IMG/VR virus record: IMGVR_UViG_3300025352_000001
Coordinates: 1 to 37,315 of that record
Origin: a virus
Taxonomy: Duplodnaviria; Caudoviricetes
Reading direction: 5' to 3' (one strand)
Length of the DNA: 37,315 nucleotides
A model generated the notes under the pieces. It saw nothing but the letters and a program-made list of their open reading frames with translations, did no database searches and had not been told where the DNA came from. A program made the position numbers and the translations under genes. How positions within the stretch are numbered: position 1 is the stretch's first letter; each line of letters starts with the position of its first letter. This document shows positions 33,901 through 37,315 of the stretch, piece after piece.

Positions 33901-36309
33901 AAGATGGTCGAGGAGATCGATCAGGCCAAGCGCACCGGGTACGTCCCGCTGTCCCGCTTCGGTCGATACTCGATCACGGTCAAGGAGAAGCAGGCCGACA
34001 TCAAATACGCCAGCAACCCGGAGGGCGGGTGGATCGCCAGGGATGTCCCGGACGAGTACACCGAGCTCCTGGCCTCTGTCGGCGCCACATACGACAACCT
34101 CGAAGGGGGATGGCAGGTATCTGACGGACAGAAGAGGCAACTCAACCTCGAGAACAATCGCACCATCTACAGCGAGAAGATCGACCCTGAGAGCTATCGA
34201 GGTAGATATGACGCCTACCAGGCCGCCAGGGGCAACAAGAAGATAACGGACGTGGCCTTCATCAGGGATGCCAAGGCCAGGGTCGAGCGGGAGTGGGGTG
34301 GCGAAGGCCGGCAAATCATCACGCTGGATACCAAGCGTGCGCGTCTCGATGGGACACTCAAGCTGTCAGACATCGACAGCCTGGCAGACCTGTCTCAGAT
34401 CGACACCGAGACATGGGACCGTGTCCGCGATGAGTTCGCGAAGGCCATGCGTGGCCGCGGCTTCCGAAAGCATTTCTTCCGCTCGGATAACGTCCCTGGC
34501 TACGACCTCGACTTCGAGCGGTCTATTGCCGACTACATCGCTGGAATGTCCGGTTATCTGTCTCGCCGGCACCACGAGAACCAGTGGGAAAGCGCCGTGG
34601 CCGGCGTCAAGGGTCCGGTCCTGAACAAGTATTCAAAGGAATATCGGCAGTACGTTAACGAACCGACGGAGGAATACGCCATCCTTCGCCAGGCGGGCTT
34701 CCTCTTCTACATCGCCGGCAACGTGTCGACCGCACTGCTCAACTGGACGCAGGTGCCGATCATGACCATGCCGGCGCTGTCTCAGGTGATGGGTCACACC
34801 AGGGCCGCGAGCGAGGTCACCAGGGCATACAAGGACGCCCTGGCCATGACAAGCTTCTACGACCAGGCCCGCGAGGGGTGGGTGCGTGGCGGCCCCAAGG
34901 GGATGGGTGACTCCATGCTCCAGATGTTCGATCCGAACGACGCGCCGGCAGACGTTCGCACCGAGGTCTTTGAGGCGTGGGAGGACGGGATGTTTTCTCC
35001 GCAGTTCACCCATGAAGTGATGGGGTTCACAGGCAAGAAAGACGGGTCCCCATCGGCCGCGCTCGAGAAGGGTATCGACTATATCGCGTCGGCATACACT
35101 TACATCGAGCGCTTAAACCGCCTGGTAACCTTCATCGCCGCCGTGCGGGCAGCCAAGGATCCCAAGATTGAGGCCAAGGCTCGAGAGAACCTGAAAGGCA
35201 ATGCGCTCGCCAGGCTCAACCTCCTGGATGAAACTTGGAGCCCGAAGGCTTTCGGTGAGTTCATCGTCGACGAATCGCAGTTCATGATGGGCAAGGTGAA
35301 CCGGGCCAAAATACTTCGAGGGCCAGGGGCTCCGATCTTCCAGTTCATGTCGTTCGTGATGAACTCGCTGCAAGCATGGTATCGCTGGTCTCGAGTGAAC
35401 GGTGGGTCCGGGAAGATGGCCACCGCCTACTCCATCGGCGCCGTCGCTGCCCTGTCAGGGGTATGGGGCGTTCCTCTCCTCGACCCGCTCCGCGCCGCCT
35501 TCGAGGCACTCTGGAGGGAGATCACCGGCGAGGACGAGGACATCAAGTACAACCTCCGCGAGTGGATCTCCCGGGAGACGGGTCAGAACTGGCTCGGTGA
35601 AATCGCCGACAAGGGGGCGCTCTATCCGCTTGGCGCGGACATGAGCGGCCGTATCGGCTTTATGAATATGCTCCCTGGCACGTCATCAGTGGTCGACGCC
35701 TTGGGCATCCCGGGTGACCTCCTGCTCGGCCGTCCGTATCGCGCCACGAAAGAGATCCAAAGCGAAGACTACTGGGGGGCCGCTGCAGAGCTTTCGCCGA
35801 CCTTCGTTCGCAACATTATCACCGCTCAGAAGTGGCGGAGCGAGGGCGTAAGGAGCCGCACCGGAAGGCAGTACCTGACGCCGAAGCAGATCCCTCAGAA
35901 GGCGCTCTGGTTGAAGTCATTCGGCATCCAGCCGTCGATCGTCAGCGACGCCTATCAGTACAAATACTCCGTTTACCGCGAGCAGACCAAGATGGACGAC
36001 GCTACCGCACGTTGGGTCAACAAGATCGCCTCGGCCTACGCCGCCGAAGCCCGCAATACTGACCCGGATCGGGCGCCGGAGCTCGCCTCACGCATCGATC
36101 GACTTATCGACGGGGTTTTGGAGTACAACGCCGCCAACCCTGATTCGCCGGTGAACGTGACGAACGACAAGATCCGCAACAGGGCGAATGAGTACCTCTA
36201 TGGTCTCGGGGCGACAGCCGGGGGAGAACGCAAGTCAGCGCGGGCAGCCGCCGAGCGGGCCAGGGAGGTCTTCAACCTCAACCCTATCCTGTTCCCCGAG
36301 GAAGAGTGA
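18913..36309 (+). CDS. Giant DarB-like polyvalent virion protein (lytic transglycosylase, ART-like, N6-adenine methylase, SNF2 helicase with intein, zincin-like peptidase, PLxRFG)
   Basis: SLT: QQESSYNP..AKGMMQY. ART-like: FHGT..YGQGFYTT. MTase: LEPTVGSGNF and IGNPPF. Helicase: HLVGSGKT, VDE/SHMFKN, FATGTPVSNS and QREGRIIRQGN. Peptidase: LLHEAFH. PLxRFG: YVPLSRFGRY. Confidence 0.9.
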   Translation: MAQNNPFFQNPLDKVTDDILAKKYELPALSGIRAQSDGRIEASRDVDGILPPEQYQPLFINASQKYGVPANILMSLAQQESSYNPEAIGPETKWGKAKGMMQYIDDTAKGMGIDPMDPAQSVDAAAKQFKQRIDAGYSVEEAVMAHHAGDNREQWGPKTRKYVREVLGRAGGIAARYQPKDPTDGGRYRDLTPEELAVYQAKQSGIGPKTTDSEPPGLIERAGSALSGLVREPGTREQMEPTAELGQAARKIADAGRRGPSPSGGRAGEPQVDQEVDAFTGAAPKNPGADQKLPPTEEPADEELDNSGRSRLEELEALAAEQPEEVDAFTGAGPVKTTTPLDLYRKGIALLQRPASEFDFLTAKMDGPDKDEKDERRGQFADAEVDAFTGADTKAQYTTIDGWIKNLVGSATSGVGTAAGSTVEGSGLIAQQISNDRSNRKLQAAATRLDNSRTNLGLRLEDVEGEDDATRLRVAEAYADDIFKREKEFHAAAVEWANKEPSAAADWIRGLGVDIKKLSEQLQADPEYDGKLTDVSAGIGSMLIYLGPGFLTTLMTRGAPMAIRQIAGLAGGASLAGPAGAAEAYNRAIQYGLPEELAIKTSMKGIPAGIIQVAPLAVILKGVAPGVRGKVLSQFRHILEVFGAEFVAEGAGAVMQNLVEKSYNPEKGVWDDSLYQAAIGGSSAALISLGIQIATRGKGIRPMDKGEIAGRELDRQVKGSAWLESAEMEALRRLDPHSYVQTVRDQAESIDPEAVLSGDLSVAQKTPDGPIEAAAAETSGEERVANVPGERVTVATLTGNINGIVNLYEEDGPGEFQVQILAENGEMYVFDQNSDVTIVRTGVLDGETTARQGDDTTPPSTVTPMANMDPIDTAAAEKEREENPEGLDPGYRGRVETRTGWLEDVAESPGDVQDLIDAEMQDGSAPDQSEARTAFLDAARSKYDELTEKTQKDRAEKSSKEKSAQDRFPQDPMDRHKFGTPNPDVRLQEGRKERRDTGRGTFVASQPSTGRELARGTTQEEAFSNAEAKLKAASEKAEPAPETTESGEAIVGHTTKKGKDLRGVLRDIPLSKAKEIDPSAFRKSGKSFIRLDSLEKAREKLNAEWEAEWEEQGVENPEQGDFDTVEVTGGTRQEGQVDKPLTYTGYNGEERTALSYQLVGDYRIAMVGNNVYEVVDPDGRAVSQKATLDFAVKDANRLQGRRAQPEAGDRKAQGGVAYSEDMPRRVPDDVRRQGDAETKAWYQGYDSALERDRAAIPPPANLNPSSEAGSPEYQERAKDRLERIATADSVGALNDIVGESWADQGRTKSSFFELQTAATTRWQELYNQTEGGVAPRRPYHDEDVKKPKEAEKARTKTPEVAPAAPPAADDFKEGPEQATQTFRDEESGVTAHVIPSKQRPNKPFKVLVLDDSGKSIGTTLTPTEEMATAKAREAVGLPEQEATDDYDAKAHKKTAPDDPVPSDFPEGFEPYRANIRGKGETWAVPAVRGQRGVGGDTLHDSLDEALTQAQSNVRQEDLQAQNQRDTDAQVAQEGDSEAARQSELAEIGEILGIPKMRAGRARDTLNKRANFNGREMTHKARIEQVVEQGAVIEGEGPARELVFGDNKGYDQKTLTKTGMDYAEALIGRRGLAVTAPEDAAKVEQLNRLKADMNALADRAEKAGYTELASDLRMQYSTVKPVRGDIVFRDINAAKVDDILRAREPAVVKAERKAAIAAGGAAPSTQATSETQATVTTPGGETFRDTRGQGERFHGTNQAIEGLNSYSYSAQNFYGQGFYTTDAVDIAKGYGRKGRGGEAQLYTVTVTGSPLLYDLNAEMDAQTRAKVAALLGDTLDLTDGSITTLGEAMDAARESAGDITPADEVQESFDAVVASLEARGYQGFRHVGGQRTGSPAHDVRIYWTPADTLEVMPTEFDAYRADAGGAAPSTQATDSPTGQAEASVEEKIKADSWGANNTLVTQDRAEILRAKLRAKFGTLNSGFDPEMLAAGAELAAFNMEAGVRKFGEFARAMAADIGVGINDLRPYLRGWYNGGRDMMEDNGLDVSDMDGPDQVRDQMKGLFNAEETSVTEAMEEATERRQEAADDAAGATSPSAKASANERLRDQEERVTKLKEETRERAIVDSPEGEGRTTPTERTQDDTRADSTDRDQSLDDVLPEGDTAFDPAGDPAPIEGIRPAVDEGDGGAPGDRTRPEDGMERGEQTLPDSPAVAGGNSGRAGGVEGGGRAGGARSPSAGPVNRTENRPNTLKGESPGNFRITPEMGIGTGTAGQKLKDNMAAIRLAKKIKAEGRFATREEQAALARFVGWGGLKTVFDPKKAGKTDQFGRAQDELKGLLTAEEYADANSSIQNAHFTSESVVGMMWRAARHFGFTGGRALEPTVGSGNFIGMAPDDFAAATEWFASELDPVSSSIAGLLYPDSTILEATGFQEAHFASNVMDISIGNPPFGQITIRSRSKKWKHLDGMKIHNYIIAKAGEHLRPGGIMPMVVTHRFLDTANPEARSELAKNFRFLGAVRLPNNAFAANAGTDVTTDLVFLQKLRADESPDLSASWLNTNGEIDVDGVKIRVNGYYQENPTNILGKSTLGGSMYAAEGEYTVESDGRDLDASFNKILAEDWASLAGAMKPTQGDLDAAPVFLEKSDLAIGSMMLNADGQIIYRDLDDSVGNAVIRQVTPESYWKEKAAQWGDAIEAVAAIKTAREVGDPVAKDQVQALVDAAGVATTASGGKKPKPTKAEQAIYDVLDATANPRFTWRHDDGLAAMEATLERRRLGRQGFDTLRKLLDIRNRALALLQAEKTNDPAMDSLRADLNVAYDQFVSNYGLISEPKNISLLTRDIGIESGLEANYQPEVKAAEAKRKNSKPRKATAEKHAMFSERVTWPKEEITSADNALDGMNISLSERGRLDVAYISALTGRTGSQVIEDLTTGKDPAAFYDPEQLDYIPYDEYLSGNVNRKLEVARADNLEANITALEKALPAPLTKERITPNIRGTWIPDTIFEDFLTALGVVKPSVLVQPTIGRISAKDSVAQLTDLGTQFDDADRSVIDLFNAAVSGKPIRVMRSVPDSSPREDKPASQRATAKAERMSSVFREWVYSEPDRAAVVVDAYNRVMNTNRERDWNGEKFLKPVGQSPSVKLRRTQKNAAWRMIQRRNMLMDHLVGSGKTISVITGVMERKRLGLSRKPAIVVPNHLVVQWASEFYQLYPGAKILAATPDDFSKNNRRRMFARIASGNYDAIIMGHSSFGFISPPDADTKMIITENKAQLKEALDAAKESGESGRSLNQIQAKLDAYDEQLKNLSERPRDEIGIDIESMGIDYLAVDECFSYDTEVETDQGMMKIGDIVEGKLPVRVKSVDSSTHAVQWKPVTNWYAHQRRLPLIEVFHESGSFLCTPNHNIWVEGYGYKRAGDIGPQDRLITTTGAYSEVHQANPRYSAVSMVRDGHYVRGQHAEEILQRVLQDVRPAPEPGIAREMEGRDASYLGELSAQGQEVPGSIGENDRQQPHALAGDAQESVQDADNDGTPSGDTREQWVPDRTSNLAGGSHRSADGSSGEHEINPPSDGQAAQPLQDRPGVPGPEAGSGDRREFAQNDESQRTGREEGPGIVTSRVVGIAILEPDSDGEYRFGGRDHSVIYDIEVADNHNYFANGALVSNSHMFKNLEYATSGERVVGMTNPKGSARAFDLYTKVRGIQERGGGAVFATGTPVSNSLVELYTMMRYLAHDQLKERGQDHFDAWSGAYAVTETRMEYTATQKLKPRRVLSGLANLDGLGQLYRDFADILTMSDLKRVYTEEKVDENKRTGGKERTDFPIPKVKGGGRQLDSAGITEQQSEYMDYLVARMKGIEANTSNPDYKKVDNALWVMTDARKMSLDIRIIDPLAERDETGKVMRSARRIKDIYDRWDADKGAQLVFSDLSTPSKTSAKEAKGIVKSAATLIFGENPGKAALKRIKGMSYRDQWKWMESAAEKALEDPAISTEKQDKIEEFMGENALADATMLVADKGFSVYDDLRTVLEEMGIPSHEIAFIHDYNSPEAKDRLFSQVNSGAVRVLIGSTDKMGTGTNAQERLVALHHLDAPWRPSDVEQREGRIIRQGNLLHMRDPDGFEVEITNYSTNGTFDTVMWQILERKAASIEQFRSTGIDNITEDEGDSDQYAEFMATSTGNPIFKLKLEAERDLLNIQAEIGGNLIASRNAKEFVASYDSKREELADRSEYLSRAEGGNISYNGATGDPADLKTAMDAEKARFHEDFAAWEAAIPAAKEAREAARAEGKKKLPALPPRPTPSGILSDAVQKKSAYARVVKAALVEVGIGGGMNTSSKEVDLKVGSIGVTVRRRANPFNDNSSYEVLVKTGDSKEVSIASSQVLNPENSEALAKGFMPDRMQRAIADSKESIDGRIEKMDSRLEREKELAAKEIDRTPIDEANQLVSWYTSQVSLAEEASDLQRGERSNRFIAKDQTRDVAQFGAKEVAESQSLEIEGEVYETTGLSVGTDRARMIDATRQSDGRRAVVSEEKGEDGESSYSVRVEPDAAIEQMRRATAQSNARRRNRKPSQSPAEAEQRIRQGSLGEVSGRLLDSGKIKIDSVLPSGLPTGTAAYVDEQGVIHLVARNLEPQYAEATLLHEAFHAGARPLIGSRRWNELQDRLGKLYSQAERSTGFNRQFWDAARERISAAEAAGDVMTDARRIEEFGAYALEEFASAPRTLKVWANDMVGRVQAWLQRTFGIQVGQVSPAQLRALAAAALRNGDMAPSPSLSVEAPISLVDENGNPVPERERKAEVARAVRAARKALSVVRSEAGVTDFDGGFTRDITKIGTWLHQPYNIASLEPQFTPVFKTAMRQQRFRDTLISEMYPKFQKYKELRGKGRANVNKVLELGRLANRSFTDARLRSGLTNPGEKRTTVFDANGEIQYRNQTIHTALSAKGDVIKLTAEERVAYFELREMFDEALDRFRDQTLIDMGMGEFSGSLNPLKDIMDSITDDMSDVVKDRLINMAKMVEEIDQAKRTGYVPLSRFGRYSITVKEKQADIKYASNPEGGWIARDVPDEYTELLASVGATYDNLEGGWQVSDGQKRQLNLENNRTIYSEKIDPESYRGRYDAYQAARGNKKITDVAFIRDAKARVEREWGGEGRQIITLDTKRARLDGTLKLSDIDSLADLSQIDTETWDRVRDEFAKAMRGRGFRKHFFRSDNVPGYDLDFERSIADYIAGMSGYLSRRHHENQWESAVAGVKGPVLNKYSKEYRQYVNEPTEEYAILRQAGFLFYIAGNVSTALLNWTQVPIMTMPALSQVMGHTRAASEVTRAYKDALAMTSFYDQAREGWVRGGPKGMGDSMLQMFDPNDAPADVRTEVFEAWEDGMFSPQFTHEVMGFTGKKDGSPSAALEKGIDYIASAYTYIERLNRLVTFIAAVRAAKDPKIEAKARENLKGNALARLNLLDETWSPKAFGEFIVDESQFMMGKVNRAKILRGPGAPIFQFMSFVMNSLQAWYRWSRVNGGSGKMATAYSIGAVAALSGVWGVPLLDPLRAAFEALWREITGEDEDIKYNLREWISRETGQNWLGEIADKGALYPLGADMSGRIGFMNMLPGTSSVVDALGIPGDLLLGRPYRATKEIQSEDYWGAAAELSPTFVRNIITAQKWRSEGVRSRTGRQYLTPKQIPQKALWLKSFGIQPSIVSDAYQYKYSVYREQTKMDDATARWVNKIASAYAAEARNTDPDRAPELASRIDRLIDGVLEYNAANPDSPVNVTNDKIRNRANEYLYGLGATAGGERKSARAAAERAREVFNLNPILFPEEE
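24060..24708 (+). repeat. 34-bp perfect direct repeats (24060-24093 and 24675-24708) flanking the ART-like domain
   Basis: CGCAGGAGGTGCAGCACCCAGTACCCAGGCCACC occurs twice, 615 bp (205 codons) apart. Both copies encode AGGAAPSTQAT. Confidence 0.92.
25331..25630 (+). CDS. Nested +1-frame gene inside the giant ORF; 99-aa helical protein of unknown function
   Basis: GAGAGGA RBS precedes ATG 25331. The G/C third-position bias switches to this frame. The sequence is protein-like (MTPEQIQQIVINHWMTYF...AWSEASRLFLTAPP), while the host frame turns low-complexity. Confidence 0.72.
   Translation: MTPEQIQQIVINHWMTYFRKETLRLTPQEIQRQSKASARLSMREMEALQGIGLDPKTAWSEASRLFLTAPPSPEEIADEQAELKEVDEQAVPALPPLAR
28885..29874 (+). 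mobile_element. Intein (330 aa) in helicase motif II
   Basis: Begins CFSYDTEV (block A), has CTPNH (block B), and ends VIYDIEVADNHNYFANGALVSN followed by Ser+1. Removal restores AVDE-SHMFKN. Confidence 0.95.
29066..29830 (+). CDS. Overprinted Zn-finger + DUF559/Vsr-like endonuclease in the +1 frame of the intein (putative homing endonuclease)
   Basis: GAGGT lies 5 nt before the ATG. Motifs are CRWC..YCSVSC, NNPMRSLETRKKVS (NUMOD3-like) and YKIDLA...LAVEIDGNSH...DAKKDRAL..LGWSVLRF. Confidence 0.88.
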   Translation: MSQDRSSAPQTTTSGSKATATSEPETSVLKTDSSPPPAPTPKSTRRTRVTAPCRWCGTDITFADNMPRKYCSVSCKMYAQHQNPESHAKWKAAMRPTWENSPLKGRKYPEASERMTANNPMRSLETRKKVSRTLITMGHRPVIRGSNGFLTEPQILLADLTGLPTEVVVNTKSIRHLMDKLPNHYKIDLACRDRKLAVEIDGNSHRTTKAKERDAKKDRALSLLGWSVLRFSNQTVMENTDSVVETIRSFTTSR

Positions 36310-36454
36310 TACCATGGGGCTTGCCAAGGTGTCTGGAACCTCATCTGGCTACTTGGTACGCTTCCTCTCGGCGCGGAGGCCGGCGCGTAAATATGAGGCC
36401 GATCCGGCCACCTCTACTACTACTTCCTCGACCAGATGATTCGAGATAGCGCCT

Positions 36455-36793
36455 ATGACCACTGAACAGGTAAACCCTCACGGACACGAATGGCGACGGA
36501 ACACTGATCAGCAGTTCGCGCGGCTTGAAGTAAAGATGTGTGAGAAGCTCGACCGCGTTCTTGAAGGACAGATACGCATCGAGGAGCGATCTGCTGCCTT
36601 GGCAACAAAAGTCTTCGCCCACAATGAGCGCTTGGACAGCCACTCGAGGGAAATCAGGAATCTCCAGATCTCGACGGCGGTGGCCGGTGAAGGTTCAATG
36701 ACACTGAACAGGCGCTGGGGGGCTGTCGGAGCGGTCATGCTGGTAGCCGCCGGGGCATTCATTGGTAATGTAGTGGAGCGAATTTTCTTATGA
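36455..36793 (+). CDS. Holin-like/membrane protein of the lysis cassette
   Basis: Coiled coil plus a single C-terminal hydrophobic helix (WGAVGAVMLVAAGAFIG). The stop overlaps the endolysin start. Confidence 0.5.
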   Translation: MTTEQVNPHGHEWRRNTDQQFARLEVKMCEKLDRVLEGQIRIEERSAALATKVFAHNERLDSHSREIRNLQISTAVAGEGSMTLNRRWGAVGAVMLVAAGAFIGNVVERIFL

Positions 36794-37315
36794 TCCGAAT
36801 CCGCTCGACAGGCGAGGAAGTCACCCGGCTACAGGCCCTGCTGGCCAATGCCGGCTTCAACATCGCCATTGACGGACAGTTTGGGCCGCAGACAGACAGC
36901 GCGCTGAGACAGTTCCAGAAACGCTCCGGCCTGGTCTCCGACGGGATATATGGCCAAAAGACGGCGAACGCACTGCTTGGAAAGAGCACGTCAAAAATCT
37001 TGGGTCATGATGACATCGAGGAGGCCGCCAACGCTCTGGGCGTTGATACGGCGGCGATACTGGCCGTCAACGAGGTTGAGTCCCGCGGCCAAGGGTTCCT
37101 GGAGGATGGTCGTCCGGTAATCCTCTTCGAGCGCCACTGGATGGTCAGGCGGCTCCGGCACAACAAAGCCTGGAGGCCTGAGTGGGCCGAAAAGTACCCC
37201 AACGTGGTGAACACCCGGTCAGGCGGGTATACGGGCGGCCCTGGTGAATGGGAACGCCTGGGCCTGGCCTGGTCCGTTCACCCTGCCTCGGCCCTCGAGA
37301 GCGCTTCCTGGGGCC
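36790..37315 (+). CDS. Modular endolysin: peptidoglycan-binding domain + DUF3380-type N-acetylmuramidase (3' truncated by the window)
   Basis: My translation is MIRIRSTGEEVTRLQALL...DGQFGPQTDSALRQFQKRSGLVSDGIYGQKT...AVNEVESRGQGF...ILFERH...ALESASWG. Not in the ORF track. Confidence 0.9.
   Translation, partial: MIRIRSTGEEVTRLQALLANAGFNIAIDGQFGPQTDSALRQFQKRSGLVSDGIYGQKTANALLGKSTSKILGHDDIEEAANALGVDTAAILAVNEVESRGQGFLEDGRPVILFERHWMVRRLRHNKAWRPEWAEKYPNVVNTRSGGYTGGPGEWERLGLAWSVHPASALESASWG

Noticed and set aside
36310-36454. Small ORF or regulatory RNA between the giant gene and the lysis cassette
   Set aside because: Short ORFs in all frames lack an RBS or recognisable features, and there is no convincing terminator.

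Overview
A 37.3 kb, entirely plus-strand late (morphogenesis and lysis) region of a tailed phage. Its layout resembles Bcep22-like podoviruses: terminase end, exonuclease, portal, Acb2-like anti-CBASS gene, scaffold, CsrA-like gene, N4-gp56-type major capsid, head-tail and tail genes, GNAT, ejection proteins, a 5798-aa DarB-like polyvalent protein, a holin-like gene and an endolysin. The main observations are five. (1) An intein splits the helicase DExH motif of the giant protein. Its own frame has no recognisable nuclease, but a zinc-finger plus DUF559/Vsr-type endonuclease is overprinted in the +1 frame with its own RBS. (2) A second +1-frame nested gene (99 aa, own RBS) lies just before the methylase domain. 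(3) A collapsed DGR is present: an intact Mtd-like target with VR, followed by an avd 5' stub fused to the 3' end of the reverse transcriptase, which the ORF track does not show. (4) An AT-richer tailspike is bracketed by a 19-bp direct repeat. (5) An ADP-ribosyltransferase-like domain is bracketed by a 34-bp in-frame direct repeat. All family assignments come from motif recognition by eye, not from database searches. No tRNA, rRNA or CRISPR array was seen.
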